64,000 bases of DNA from Candidatus Deferrimicrobiaceae bacterium (GCA_963792415.1 CAWBVY010000004.1:320001-384000); one strand, 5' to 3'. Shown: positions 1 to 12,938, numbered from the stretch's first letter. Numbers and translations are program-made. Notes: generated by a model from the letters alone, not told the origin.

Positions 1-183
1 AACGGCGAGCTCGGGTTCTACATCGTGAGCCGGGGCGGGGGCGGGCCGTACAAGATCAAGGTCCGGCCGCCGTGCTTCCCGCTGTTCCAGGGGATTCCGC
101 ACCTCGTGAAGGGGCAGATGATCGCGGATCTCATCGCGGTTCTGGGAAGCGTCAACATCATCGCGGGGGAGCTGGACCGGTGA
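1..183 (+). CDS. nuoD: NADH-quinone oxidoreductase subunit D, C-terminal fragment (5' truncated)
   Basis: Frame 1 reads NGELGFYIVS..PYKIKVRPP..GQMIADLIAVLGSVNIIAGELDR*, the typical NuoD C-terminus. The TGA overlaps the nuoE GTG. Confidence 0.93.
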   Translation, partial: NGELGFYIVSRGGGGPYKIKVRPPCFPLFQGIPHLVKGQMIADLIAVLGSVNIIAGELDR

Positions 184-653
184 GCGCCGTCTTTTCCGAG
201 ACCGGGCGCGCGGAGTTCGAGCGCCTGCTGACCCGCTACCCCGACAGGAAGGCGGTGGTCCTGCCCGCCCTTCACCTGGCGCAGAAGGAGTTCGGCTACG
301 TCTCCGAGGAGGCGATCGTCTACATCGCCGGACTGGTGGGCACCTCTCCCGCGGAGATCGAGGGGGTCGCCACCTTCTACACGATGTACAACCGGAAGCC
401 CGTGGGGAAGTACCACGTGCAGATCTGCCGGAACATCTCCTGCTCCCTCCTCGGGGCGGAGCACCTGATCGAGCACGTGTCGAAGAAGCTCGGCGTCCGG
501 CCCGGGGAAACGACCCCGGACGGGAAGTTCACCCTGGCGAAGGTCGAGTGCCTGGGCTCCTGCGGCACGGCGCCGGTGATGCAGGTGAACGACGAGTATC
601 ACGAGAACCTGACCGTCGAGTCGATCGACCGGATCCTCGACCAACTCCCGTGA
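180..653 (+). CDS. nuoE: NADH-quinone oxidoreductase subunit E
   Basis: GTGA overlap start; [2Fe-2S] ligands CRNISC..ECLGSC; VATFYTMY motif. Confidence 0.95.
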   Translation: MSAVFSETGRAEFERLLTRYPDRKAVVLPALHLAQKEFGYVSEEAIVYIAGLVGTSPAEIEGVATFYTMYNRKPVGKYHVQICRNISCSLLGAEHLIEHVSKKLGVRPGETTPDGKFTLAKVECLGSCGTAPVMQVNDEYHENLTVESIDRILDQLP

Positions 654-672
654 GGGGCTGACGCGGACGGCC

Positions 673-1941
673 ATGGAAAAGGTCCTCACCACGCATTTCG
701 CCAACGAGCGGTACCGCCGGCTGGACACGTACCGGCAGTACGGCGGCTACGACGCGTTGAAAAAAGCGTTCGCGATGACGCCCGAGGCGATCATCGACGA
801 GGTGAAGAAGGCGAACCTCCGCGGCCGCGGAGGCGCCGGGTTCCCGGCGGGGGTCAAGTGGGGGTTCCTCCCGAAGGATCTCTCCCGCCCCCGCGTGCTG
901 GTCATCAACGCCGACGAGGGGGAGCCGGGGACGTTCAAGGACCGGGTCATCATGACCCGCGGACCGCACCTCCTGATCGAGGGGATCGTGATCTCCTCCT
1001 TCGCCCTGCGGGCCCACGCCTGCTGGATCTACATCCGGGGCGAGTTCGTCCGCGAGGCGCGGATCCTGGACGAGGCGGTCGCCGAGGCCTACGCGGCGGG
1101 GTTCCTCGGGAAGAACATCCTGGGGTCGGGGTTCGATCTCGACGTGACGGTCCATCGCGGCGCGGGCGCCTACATCTGCGGCGAGGAGACCTCCCTGATC
1201 AACTCCCTCGAGGGGAAGCGCGGATGGCCGAGGCTGAAGCCCCCCTTCCCGGCATCCGTGGGGGCCTTCGGGCTGCCGACGATCGTGAACAACGTGGAGA
1301 CCATCGCGGACATCCCCTGGATCGTCACCCACGGCGGGGAGACGTTCGCCGCCCTCGGAGTGGAGAAGAACGGCGGGACGCGCCTGGTCGGCGTCAGCGG
1401 CGCCGTCAACCGCCCCGGCGTCTACGAGCTTTCCGCGGGGGTGAACCTCAAGGACGTCATCTTCAATGTCGCCGGGGGCTTGCGGGACGGGAAGAAACTC
1501 AAGGCCGTCATCCCCGGGGGGTCGTCCACGCCGGTGCTGCGGGCCGACGAGATCGACGTGACCTTCGACATCGAGTCGATGGCCAAGGTCGGCACGATGT
1601 CGGGGACCAGCGGTATCATCGTCATCCCGGAGGGGACCTGCATGGTGCGCGCCCTCTCGGTCCTCATGAACTTCTACGCGCACGAGTCGTGCGGTCAGTG
1701 CACGCCGTGCCGCGAGGGGACGGGGTGGCTCAAGAAGCTCGTTGGGAGGATCGAGGCGGGAGAGGGGCGGCAGGGCGACGTCGAGCTGATCCTCGACCTG
1801 TGCGACAACATGGGAGGGCGCACCATCTGTGCGCTGGCGGACGCCGCGGTGATGCCGGCGCAGTCGTTCATCTGGAAGTTCCGGGAAGAGTTCGACCGCC
1901 ACATCGGCGAGCAGAAGTGCCCGTACGGGAACCGGTTCTGA
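673..1941 (+). CDS. nuoF: NADH-quinone oxidoreductase subunit F
   Basis: LRGRGGAGFP, NADEGEPG, GAGAYICGEET and ESCGQCTPCREG motifs. Confidence 0.97.
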   Translation: MEKVLTTHFANERYRRLDTYRQYGGYDALKKAFAMTPEAIIDEVKKANLRGRGGAGFPAGVKWGFLPKDLSRPRVLVINADEGEPGTFKDRVIMTRGPHLLIEGIVISSFALRAHACWIYIRGEFVREARILDEAVAEAYAAGFLGKNILGSGFDLDVTVHRGAGAYICGEETSLINSLEGKRGWPRLKPPFPASVGAFGLPTIVNNVETIADIPWIVTHGGETFAALGVEKNGGTRLVGVSGAVNRPGVYELSAGVNLKDVIFNVAGGLRDGKKLKAVIPGGSSTPVLRADEIDVTFDIESMAKVGTMSGTSGIIVIPEGTCMVRALSVLMNFYAHESCGQCTPCREGTGWLKKLVGRIEAGEGRQGDVELILDLCDNMGGRTICALADAAVMPAQSFIWKFREEFDRHIGEQKCPYGNRF

Positions 1942-1949
1942 ACGAGACG

Positions 1950-3527
1950 ATGCCGACCCTGACCTTGAATGGAATGACCGTGGACGTCCCGCAGGGGACG
2001 TCGATCCTCGACGCCGCGAAAGAGGTCGGCGTCGAGATCCCGCACTACTGCTACCACCCGAAGCTTTCGATCGCCGGGAACTGCCGGATGTGCCTCGTGG
2101 AGATCGAGAAGTTTCCGAAGCTGCAGACCGCCTGCTCCACGGTGGTCAATGACGGTATGGTCGTGCGCACCGACACCGAGAAGGTGCGCAAGGCGGTCAC
2201 CGGCGTCCTCGAGCTGATGCTCATCCACCATCCGATCGACTGCCCCATCTGCGACCAGGCCGGGGAGTGCGGACTGCAGAACTACTACATGAAGTTCGGG
2301 CTCCACAAGAGCCGGTACGCCCTCGAGGACAAGGTCCACAAGAAGAAGGTGCAGGACATCGGCGGCCAGATCGTGCTCGACGCCGAGCGGTGCATCCTCT
2401 GCTCCCGGTGCGTGCGGTTCCTCGACGAGGTGACCGGCACCCGGGAACTGCACTTCTTCAACCGCGGCGACCACTCCGAGATTTCGATCTTCCCGGGCCG
2501 GCCGCTCGACAACAACTACACGGGCAACCTTGCCGACATCTGCCCGGTCGGGGCGCTGACGAGCAAGGATTTCCGGTTCAAGTGCCGCGTCTGGTTCCTC
2601 AATGCGTTCGACTCGATCTGCACCGGCTGCTCGAAAGGGTGCAACGTCGACGCGCACCACAAGGGCGACATCCTGTACCGGCTGAAGCCCCGCTGGAACG
2701 ACGCGGTCAACCAGGCGTGGATGTGCGACTTCGGGCGGCTCACCTACAAGGAGATGAACGAGGCGAGGCTGCTCACGCCGTTCGTGCGGGAAGGGGGCGC
2801 GCAGAAGGTTGCCGCGTGGGGATCGCTCCTGCCCGACGTGGCGTTCCGCCTGAAGGCGGCGGCGGACCGGGGAGGGCCGGACCGGGTCGCCGTGATCGCC
2901 TCCCCGCAATCGTCCAACGAGGAGCTGTACCTCCTTCGGCGCCTTGCGACGGAGCTTCTCGGCACGAGGAACCTCGCCTTCACCCACCGGGTCGCAGGGG
3001 ACGGCTTCGCAGACGACTTCCTGATCCAGGCGGACAAGAACCCGAACAGCCGCGGCGCGCGGCTCCTCGGGATCCCCGACGGGGCGGCGTTCGACGCGCT
3101 GGTGTCGAAGATCTCCGCCGGAGGGATCGACGCCCTCCTCGTCTTCGGCAACGTCGTCGGCCCCCTTTCGGAGGAGGAGACGGCGGCGCTGCTGGCCAAG
3201 GTCCCGTTCGTCGCCCAGGTGGGGACGAACGAGGGGCCCGTCTCGAAGGCGGCGACCGCCGTCCTTCCGTCGGCCTCCGTCGCCGAGCGGGCCGGGACCT
3301 TCACCAGCCACGCCGGCCGCGTGCAGCGGTTCCGGTTCGGATTCCCGGCGCGCGGGAAGGCGAAGAACCCGGTCGAGATCCTCGTGGCGCTGGGGAACCG
3401 GCTGGGAGCGGAGTGGGCGTTCGCCGGAGAGGCGTCCGTCTTCCGGGCGCTGGCGGAATCCGAGGCGCCCTTCGCGGGGATGAGCTACGATTCGCTCGGC
3501 ATGTTCGGGCAGGAGGTCAAGGGATGA
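1950..3527 (+). CDS. nuoG: NADH-quinone oxidoreductase subunit G (short form, ~525 aa)
   Basis: CYHPKLSIAGNCRMC, HPIDCPICDQAGEC, CILCSRC and CTGCSKGC Fe-S motifs; ATG at 1950 inside ORF 858..3527. Confidence 0.93.
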   Translation: MPTLTLNGMTVDVPQGTSILDAAKEVGVEIPHYCYHPKLSIAGNCRMCLVEIEKFPKLQTACSTVVNDGMVVRTDTEKVRKAVTGVLELMLIHHPIDCPICDQAGECGLQNYYMKFGLHKSRYALEDKVHKKKVQDIGGQIVLDAERCILCSRCVRFLDEVTGTRELHFFNRGDHSEISIFPGRPLDNNYTGNLADICPVGALTSKDFRFKCRVWFLNAFDSICTGCSKGCNVDAHHKGDILYRLKPRWNDAVNQAWMCDFGRLTYKEMNEARLLTPFVREGGAQKVAAWGSLLPDVAFRLKAAADRGGPDRVAVIASPQSSNEELYLLRRLATELLGTRNLAFTHRVAGDGFADDFLIQADKNPNSRGARLLGIPDGAAFDALVSKISAGGIDALLVFGNVVGPLSEEETAALLAKVPFVAQVGTNEGPVSKAATAVLPSASVAERAGTFTSHAGRVQRFRFGFPARGKAKNPVEILVALGNRLGAEWAFAGEASVFRALAESEAPFAGMSYDSLGMFGQEVKG

Positions 3528-4621
3528 CCGGGCCTCTTTTCGACATCGCGGTGACCGTCGCGCGGATCGCGGTCTTCTTCGCGTTCTGCTTCGGCCTGGT
3601 CGTCGTGATGACCTGGGTCGAGCGGAAGGGGGCGGCGTATATCCAGGACCGCCGCGGGCCGAACCGGGCCGACATTTTCGGCATCCGGGCGTGGGGGCTC
3701 TTCCACCCGCTGGCCGACGCGCTGAAGTTCCTCTTCAAGGAGGACTTCATCCCCGACAACGCCCACCGGCTCTTCTACCAGATGGCCCCGATGTTCTCGC
3801 TGGCGCCGGCGATCCTGGGGATCGCCATCATCCCGTTCGGACCCGACGTCACCGTGATGGGACGCACGATCGCGCTGCAGATCGCCGATCTCAACGTCGG
3901 CATCCTTTACCTGTTCGCCGTCTCGGGGATGACCGTGTACGGCGTCGTTCTCGCCGGGTGGGCCAGCGGGAGCAAGTACCCCCTCCTCGGCGGGCTGCGG
4001 TCGTCCGCCCAGATGCTGTCGTACGAGGTCTCCATGGGGCTCTCCCTCATCGGGATCTTCATGGTGTTCGAGGCCGTCCGGATGTCCCAGATCGTGGCGG
4101 GGCAGGGGGGGCTCCTCTTCGGCGTCCTGCCGAAGTGGGGCGTCTTCGTCCAGCCGCTCGGGTTCATCCTCTTCCTCGTGGCGCAGTACGCGGAGGCGAA
4201 CCGGACCCCCTTCGACCTCCCGGAGGGCGAATCGGAGCTGGTGGCCGGGTACCACACGGAGTACGGTTCGTTCAAGTTCTCCATGTTCATGATGGCGGAA
4301 TACCTCCACATGGTGGTGGGCGCGGCCGTCGTCGCGACCCTCTTCTTCGGCGGGTGGCAGTTCCCGTATTTGGGCGACGCCGGGTTCCTCTTCCCCGGCG
4401 GTTTCGCGGTGGCCGTGCCGCCGGCGGTCGTGCTGCTCCTGCGGATCGGGGCGTTCGTCGGGAAGGTCCTGTTCTTCGCGTGGCTATACGTCTGGGTCCG
4501 GTGGACGATTCCCCGGTTCCGGTACGACCAGGTGATGCGGCTGGGGTGGAAGGTCATGCTCCCCCTCTCGCTGCTCAACATCTTCGCGACGGGGCTGATC
4601 CTGCTCCTTCTGAAAAAGTAG
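3524..4621 (+). CDS. nuoH: NADH-quinone oxidoreductase subunit H
   Basis: ERK..QDRRGPNR, LADALK, NRTPFDLPEGESELVAGY and PRFRYDQ motifs; ATGA overlap with nuoG. Confidence 0.96.
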   Translation: MTGPLFDIAVTVARIAVFFAFCFGLVVVMTWVERKGAAYIQDRRGPNRADIFGIRAWGLFHPLADALKFLFKEDFIPDNAHRLFYQMAPMFSLAPAILGIAIIPFGPDVTVMGRTIALQIADLNVGILYLFAVSGMTVYGVVLAGWASGSKYPLLGGLRSSAQMLSYEVSMGLSLIGIFMVFEAVRMSQIVAGQGGLLFGVLPKWGVFVQPLGFILFLVAQYAEANRTPFDLPEGESELVAGYHTEYGSFKFSMFMMAEYLHMVVGAAVVATLFFGGWQFPYLGDAGFLFPGGFAVAVPPAVVLLLRIGAFVGKVLFFAWLYVWVRWTIPRFRYDQVMRLGWKVMLPLSLLNIFATGLILLLLKK

Positions 4622-4637
4622 AGGCGGAAACCGGACG

Positions 4638-5123
4638 ATGACGATCGGTGTGATAAAAGTGGCGCGGCCGCGGGAGATGTCGTTCTCCGAGGCGCTGTAC
4701 CTCGTGGAGATCGTGAAGGGGCTCGGGGTGACGATGGGGCACATGCTGAGCAACATCGTCCGCCAGGAGGGGATCAAGACGATCGAGTACCCAGAGGTGC
4801 GTCGGCCGATGCCCCCGCGATTCCGGGGGAAACACCGGCTGATGAAACGGGAGAACGGCGCCCCCCGGTGCGTGGCGTGCTACTGCTGCTCGACGGCGTG
4901 CCCGGCCAAGTGCATCACGATCGTGGCGGGGGAGTCGCCCGATCCGGCCGTCGAGAAGTACCCGGTCCGGTTCGACATCGACATGCTCCGGTGCGTCTTC
5001 TGCGGCATGTGCGTCGAGGCGTGCCCGTGCGACGCGATCCGGATGGACACCGGGTGGTTCACCCCGCCGGACGACACCCGCGAGAAGCTCATCTTCACGA
5101 TCGACACGCTGCTGGAGAAGTAG
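4638..5123 (+). CDS. nuoI: NADH-quinone oxidoreductase subunit I
   Basis: Two CxxCxxCxxxCP motifs; YPE and RFRGKH motifs; operon position. Confidence 0.95.
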   Translation: MTIGVIKVARPREMSFSEALYLVEIVKGLGVTMGHMLSNIVRQEGIKTIEYPEVRRPMPPRFRGKHRLMKRENGAPRCVACYCCSTACPAKCITIVAGESPDPAVEKYPVRFDIDMLRCVFCGMCVEACPCDAIRMDTGWFTPPDDTREKLIFTIDTLLEK

Positions 5124-5130
5124 GGGGGCG

Positions 5131-5619
5131 ATGGAAGCGGTTCTCTTCATCCTGTTCGGCGCGATCGCGGTCTGCGGGGCGATCATGGTTGTGACGCGGA
5201 AGCACCCGATGGCGTCCGCGCTCTACCTGATCCTCACGCTGTTCGCCGTCGCGGCGCTGTTCGTGCTGCGCCAGGCCCACTTCCTCGCGGCGATCCAGGT
5301 GATCATCTACGCGGGGGCGGTCGTCGTCCTGTTCGTCTTCGTCATCATGCTGATCAACGTGCCGGAGAACCGGCTCCCCGTGGAGCGGGCGACGACGATG
5401 CGCGTGCTGGGGGTCCTCGCCGCGGGGATCTTCATCCTCGAATCCGCCGTGCTGGCGCGCCGGTACTGGATGCCGAAGGGCCCCGCGGCGGAGGTGGGGA
5501 CGGTCGAGGCCGTGGGACGGGCGCTTTTCACCGACTACCTGCTCGCCTTCGAGATCACCTCGGTGCTTCTCCTGGCCGCGGTGATCGGGGCGATCGCCCT
5601 GGCGAAGAGGAAGATATGA
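5131..5619 (+). CDS. nuoJ: NADH-quinone oxidoreductase subunit J
   Basis: [19 protein letters not shown] and [13 protein letters not shown] motifs. Confidence 0.95.
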   Translation: MEAVLFILFGAIAVCGAIMVVTRKHPMASALYLILTLFAVAALFVLRQAHFLAAIQVIIYAGAVVVLFVFVIMLINVPENRLPVERATTMRVLGVLAAGIFILESAVLARRYWMPKGPAAEVGTVEAVGRALFTDYLLAFEITSVLLLAAVIGAIALAKRKI

Positions 5620-5635
5620 AGATGCGGAGCGCCGG

Positions 5636-5931
5636 ATGATCGCACCGTCGGCATACCTGCTCCTCTCTGCGATCCTGTTCGGGATCGGGGTCGTCGGGGT
5701 GGTGGCGCGGAAGAACGTCCTCATCATCCTGATGAGCGTCGAGCTGATGCTGAACGGCGTGAACGTGGCGTTCGTGGCGGCCGGCTCGTACCTGGGCGAC
5801 GCCACCGGCGGGGTCTTCGCTTTCATGGTGATGACCGTGGCGGCCGCCGAGGCGGCGGTGGGGCTCGCGCTTCTGATCGCGCTCTACCGGCTGAAGGAAA
5901 CGGTCGACATCACGGAACTCAAGGTTCTCAA

Positions 5932-5938
<7 letters not shown>
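5636..5938 (+). CDS. nuoK: NADH-quinone oxidoreductase subunit K
   Basis: MSVELMLN and [11 protein letters not shown] motifs; 100 aa. Confidence 0.96.
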
Positions 5939-8085
<2,147 letters not shown>

Positions 8086-8089
<4 letters not shown>

Positions 8090-9659
8090 CCGGCGTCGCG
8101 CTGCTCGACCAGCATCTCCTGTCGGTCCTGATCGCGCTGCCGATGATCGGCGCGGCGCTGCTCCTCTTCTTCCCGCGGGGAGCGGACGGCGCGATCCGGA
8201 ATGTTCACGCTCCTCGTGACGATCGCGGAGTTCCTCCTCTCCCTTGCGGTGGTGGCGCGCTTCGACACCGCGACCGCCGGGATGCAGCTGGTGGAGCGGG
8301 TCCCCTGGATCCCGCAATACGGGATCTCCTACATCGTCGGGGTGGACGGGATCTCCCTCTGGATCCTGATGCTCACGATCTTCATCATGCCGATCACGAT
8401 CCTCTCGACCTGGTCGGCGGTGGACGAAGAACGTGAAGGAGTTCATGGTCTTCATGCTCGTCCTCGAGACCGCGATGGTCGGCGTGTTCCTCGCCACCGA
8501 CCTGTTCCTGTTCTACATCTTCTGGGAGCTGGTCCTCATCCCGATGTACTTCCTGATCGGCGTGTGGGGGGGCGAGCGGCGGATCTACGCGGCGATCAAG
8601 TTCTTCCTGTACACCTTCGCCGGCTCGGTCCTGATGCTGGTCGCGATCATCGCCCTCTACTTCCACCATTACGCCGTCACCGGGGTCTACACGATGGACC
8701 TCATGAAGCTCTACGAGCTGACGATCCCGGTGAAGCTGCAGCTGTGGCTCTTCGCGGCCTTCTTCCTCGCCTTCGCCTTCAAGGTGCCGATGTTCCCGTT
8801 CCACACGTGGCTCCCGGACGCGCACGTCGAGGCGCCCACGGCGGGCTCGGTGATCCTGGCGGCCGTCCTCCTGAAGATGGGGACGTACGGCTTCCTGCGG
8901 TTCGCCATGGCCCTGTTCCCCGTCGCCGCCGCCGACTGGACGCCGCTGATCGCGGTCCTCGCCGTCGTCGGGGTCATCTACGGCGCCCTGGTGGCGATGG
9001 TCCAGAAGGACGTGAAGAAGCTGGTCGCCTACTCCTCCGTGTCGCACCTGGGCTTCGTCATGCTGGGGCTCTTCGCCCTCAACCTGCAGGGGATCGAGGG
9101 CGCCATCCTCCAGATGGTCAACCACGGAGTCTCCACCGGGGCGCTCTTCCTCATCGTCGGGATCATCTACGAGCGGCGCCACACCCGCCTCATCTCCGAG
9201 TTCGGGGGGGTCGCGAAGGTGGTCCCGGTCTTCGCCGTCTGCTTCATGATCGTCACCCTCTCCTCGATCGGCGTCCCCGGCACGAACGGCTTCGTCGGCG
9301 AATTCCTGATCCTGCTGGGGGCGTTCAAGGTCCACAAATGGTTCGCCGTCGTCGCCGCGACCGGGGTCATCTTTGCCGCCGTCTACATGCTCTGGATGTT
9401 CCAGCGGGTGATGTACGGAAAGATCACGAACGAGGAGAACCTCCGCCTCGCCGACATGAGCGGGCGGGAGGTCGCGTACATGCTCCCGCTGCTCCTGTTC
9501 ATCCTGTGGATCGGTGTCTACCCGCAGCCGTTCCTGCGGCGGATGGACGCCTCCGTGAACGCGTTCGTCACGCGCTTCGAGGCGAAGAAACAGGCGGCGC
9601 TCGCCGGCTCCCCCGCGGGGGAGACGATGCTCGTCCGCTACTTCGACGGGCAGAAATGA
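8086..9659 (+). CDS. nuoM: NADH-quinone oxidoreductase subunit M (apparent frameshifts near 8200 and 8427)
   Basis: [30 protein letters not shown] and [11 protein letters not shown] motifs; the N-terminus is spread over three frames. Confidence 0.9.
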
Positions 9660-9666
9660 GCGCGCG

Positions 9667-11142
9667 ATGACGCCGATCCTCTTCGACAAGGCCGCCCTGA
9701 TCCAGGGGCTCTACAGCATCCTCCCCGAGCTGGTCGTGATCGCCACGGCGATCGCGGTCCTGCTGGCCGACCTGCTCCTTCCGGAGCGCGGGAAGAGGAG
9801 CTTGTGCCACCTCGCGATCGCGGGCACGGCGGTCGCGATCCTGGCCACGCTGTCGCTCGGCCCCGGGCGGATCGAAGGGTTCTCCGGGATGATCGTCCAC
9901 GACGGGACGGGCCTGTTCATCACCCTGACGATCCTCGTCACCGTGCTGCTCACCCTGCTGATGGCGACCGGCTACTCCGAGTGGGAGGGGACGCAGAAAG
10001 GGGAGTTCTACGCCCTGCTCCTCTTCTCCACCGCCGGGATGCTCTTCATGGCGAAGGGGACGGATCTCATGACCGTCTTCCTCGGGCTGGAGACGATGTC
10101 GATCCCCATCTACTGCCTGGTCGGGTTCCACCGGAACCGGATGACGTCGCTCGAGGGGGCGCTGAAATATTTCCTCCTCGGGGCGTTCGCCTCGGGGTTC
10201 CTGCTCTACGGGATCGCCCTGATCTACTCGGTGACCGGGACCACGAAGATCCCGGCGATCGCGGGGATGATCGGCGACCTGCGTCTCTTCGGGAACCCGG
10301 TGTTCATGGTGGGCGTGGGGATGCTCCTCGTCGGGTTCGCCTTCAAGGTGTCGCTCGTCCCCTTCCACATGTGGACCCCCGACGCGTACCAGGGGGCGCC
10401 CACGCTGGTGACGTCGTTCATGGCCGCCGGCGTGAAGGCGGCCGCGTTCGCGGCGCTCCTGCGCGTGACGCTGCTGACCTTCCCGGCGCTCGGGCCGGTG
10501 ATGACGAACATCCTATGGGTCCTGGCGTTCCTCACGATGACGGTGGGGAACCTGTCGGCCCTGCTCCAGGACAACGTGAAGCGGATGCTCGCCTACTCCT
10601 CGATCGCCCACGCGGGGTACATCCTCGTGGGATTCGTCGCCGGGGACGTCGCCGGCGGGCAGGCGGCCCTCTTCTACCTGCTGGTGTACGCCTTCATGAA
10701 CCTGGGCGCCTTCGGCGTGGTGATGCTCCTCGCGCACAGGGAGGACGACGGGTACGACATCGGGAACTTCAAGGGGATCGGCTTCCGCTACCCCGTGCTC
10801 GGCGGCCTGCTCACGCTGTTTCTCGTTTCGCTGGCCGGGATCCCGCCCACCGCGGGGTTCATCGGGAAGTTCTACCTGTTCAGCGCCGCGGTGAAAAACG
10901 GCTACGTCGGGCTGGCCGTCCTCGGCGTCCTGAACAGCGCCGTCTCGATCTACTACTACCTGCGGCCGGTCGTCTACATGTACATGCTCCCGGCGCCGGC
11001 CGAGGTCCCGGTTCCCCGGCCCCCGCGCACCGCCTTCTCCCTCGCCCTGTGCATCTCCGCGGCGGCGGTCCTGGTCCTCGGGATCATGCCCGGCTCCGTC
11101 CTCGCGTTCGCCGAGCGGTCGATCCTCTCCCTCCTGATGTAA
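9667..11142 (+). CDS. nuoN: NADH-quinone oxidoreductase subunit N
   Basis: EGALKYF, FKVSLVPFHMWTPDAYQGAP and KRMLAYSSIAHAGY motifs. Confidence 0.96.
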   Translation: MTPILFDKAALIQGLYSILPELVVIATAIAVLLADLLLPERGKRSLCHLAIAGTAVAILATLSLGPGRIEGFSGMIVHDGTGLFITLTILVTVLLTLLMATGYSEWEGTQKGEFYALLLFSTAGMLFMAKGTDLMTVFLGLETMSIPIYCLVGFHRNRMTSLEGALKYFLLGAFASGFLLYGIALIYSVTGTTKIPAIAGMIGDLRLFGNPVFMVGVGMLLVGFAFKVSLVPFHMWTPDAYQGAPTLVTSFMAAGVKAAAFAALLRVTLLTFPALGPVMTNILWVLAFLTMTVGNLSALLQDNVKRMLAYSSIAHAGYILVGFVAGDVAGGQAALFYLLVYAFMNLGAFGVVMLLAHREDDGYDIGNFKGIGFRYPVLGGLLTLFLVSLAGIPPTAGFIGKFYLFSAAVKNGYVGLAVLGVLNSAVSIYYYLRPVVYMYMLPAPAEVPVPRPPRTAFSLALCISAAAVLVLGIMPGSVLAFAERSILSLLM

Positions 11143-11149
11143 CGGTTTC

Positions 11150-11755
11150 CTACGGCCGGGGGAGCGGGAAGAGCCGCGGCACGCGTTTTTGGTACTCCCG
11201 GTACTCCTCGCCGAACTTCCGCTCCATCCTGCGCTCCTCGAAGAAGGTCCCGATGTAGAAGTAGGCGACGACGGCCGCCGCCGTGGCGGCGCTGTTTCCC
11301 GTCTGGACCGGGTGGAAGGCGAGAAGCAGCGAGCAACCGAGGTAGAGCGGGTGGCGGACCAGCCCGTACGCCTTCCCGGTGAAGAGGCCCTCGTTGCGGC
11401 CCGCGGCGTCCCCTTCCCCCTTCCGGTGCCGCTCCCATTGGCGGAGTCCGACGAACTCCTTCAGGTCCCACGGCGTCCACAGGAGCAGGCCTGCGCCGAG
11501 GATCTGCACCCCGTGGAAGAGGAAGCGGATCCAACCGTCGAGGCGGTAGAGCGGGGCGTCCGGGAGGGAGCGTACGTAAAGGAGGGCCGCGGCCGTGGCG
11601 GCGGCGGAGTAGAGCGTGAAGAGGAGCCGGTGGTACGCCCGATAGCGGTCCTCGCCCATCACGCGCCGGGCCCACCGCTCGTACGGTTCCGACACGGTCA
11701 CGCTGTGGAAGAGCGCGAACGCCCCCCACGCGACGATCACCTTCAGCGGGTTCAC
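11150..11755 (-). CDS. Isoprenylcysteine carboxyl methyltransferase / NnrU / MddA-like membrane protein
   Basis: YGLVRHPLYLG and EERRMERKFGEEYREYQKRVP signature; several TM helices; GTG start inferred. Confidence 0.75.
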   Translation of the reverse strand: MNPLKVIVAWGAFALFHSVTVSEPYERWARRVMGEDRYRAYHRLLFTLYSAAATAAALLYVRSLPDAPLYRLDGWIRFLFHGVQILGAGLLLWTPWDLKEFVGLRQWERHRKGEGDAAGRNEGLFTGKAYGLVRHPLYLGCSLLLAFHPVQTGNSAATAAAVVAYFYIGTFFEERRMERKFGEEYREYQKRVPRLFPLPRP

Positions 11756-11786
11756 GGCCCCATGGTACACCGGTATACTGATCCCC

Positions 11787-12932
11787 GTGAATTGCCCGTG
11801 CTGCAAGATTCCTTCGATGACCGCGATGAAGGCCGGGGAGGTCGAGGTCGACCGTTGCCGCACGTGCGGGGCCGCCTGGTTCGACCCCGGCGAGATCCGC
11901 GAACTGACGCAGGGGCGGCTGTCGGCCGAAGAGGATTACGCGCCCGTTGGGGATGCCACCCCCCCACCGAGGGAGGAGAAGGGCGCCGCCCTGCGGCTCG
12001 CCTGGGGCGAGGCCCGGGGTCTTTCCTGCCCCCGGTGCGCCGAGCCGCTTCACCCCGAAGACTTCCAGCTCACGGGGGTCCCGGTCTTCCGGTGCGCGGG
12101 GTGCGGCGGGATGCTCGTCTCCCGGCGCTCGGCGAACGCCCTGTCCGCACGCTTCAAGTTCCAGCGCGACCACGCGCAACTCTATGAATCCCTCGGCGCC
12201 TCGATGGCGGAGGAGGTCCGGGGTCGAATGAACCGCCGGTTCGGCCCGGACGTTGCCGAGGTGCGTCCCGGGCAGATCCCGCTGCCGGTTCTCGTCCCCC
12301 TCGCGGACGGGTCGTCTCCCGGGTCGCGTCCGCCCCTGGTGATGTACGGGATCCTCTTCCTCACCGTGGCCCTCTATCTCCTATCCACGATCGGCGCGGG
12401 AGGCGTGGCAGGTCTGCAGGGGCGCCTGGCCCTCCCCTCCGGGACGGGATTTTCCGGGGTGCCGAAGCTCGCGCTGCTGTTGACCCCTTTCCTCAACGGA
12501 GGAATTATCCCGCTCGTCGTCGCGTGCCTCTTCCTCCTCGTGCTGGGGGACAACGTGGAAGACCGGCTCGGGCGGGTTCCGTTCCTCCTCTTCTACCTCT
12601 TCTGCGGCGCGGTCGCGGGTACGGCGCACGTCGTGTTCGGAAAGGCGGGGATGCCCGCCGCGCTCGGCTCCGCCGGCGCCGTGGCGGGGGTGCTGGGCGC
12701 CTACCTCGTCTTCTTCCCGGACGTTCCGATCGAGATGTACGGGATGGGAAAGACCACGACCGTCCCCGCCTACCTCTTCGCGTGCGCCTGGGCGGTCGCC
12801 GTCTTCCTGTGGGGGTGGGGCCCGGGCCCCCTGTCGAACCTGCTCAATCCCGCTCCGTACTCCCTCCCGGGGCACCTCGCGGGGTTTGCCGCCGGAGCGC
12901 TCGGCGCGGTCCTCTGCCGTTCCATCGAGTAA
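11787..12932 (+). CDS. Double zinc-ribbon (zf-TFIIB-like) fused to a rhomboid-family membrane domain
   Basis: CPCC..CRTCGAAWFDPGE and CPRC..CAGCGG ribbons; LGDNVEDRLG, GAVAGVLGAY and GHLAGF rhomboid motifs. Confidence 0.85.
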   Translation: MNCPCCKIPSMTAMKAGEVEVDRCRTCGAAWFDPGEIRELTQGRLSAEEDYAPVGDATPPPREEKGAALRLAWGEARGLSCPRCAEPLHPEDFQLTGVPVFRCAGCGGMLVSRRSANALSARFKFQRDHAQLYESLGASMAEEVRGRMNRRFGPDVAEVRPGQIPLPVLVPLADGSSPGSRPPLVMYGILFLTVALYLLSTIGAGGVAGLQGRLALPSGTGFSGVPKLALLLTPFLNGGIIPLVVACLFLLVLGDNVEDRLGRVPFLLFYLFCGAVAGTAHVVFGKAGMPAALGSAGAVAGVLGAYLVFFPDVPIEMYGMGKTTTVPAYLFACAWAVAVFLWGWGPGPLSNLLNPAPYSLPGHLAGFAAGALGAVLCRSIE

Positions 12933-12938
12933 CCGCGG

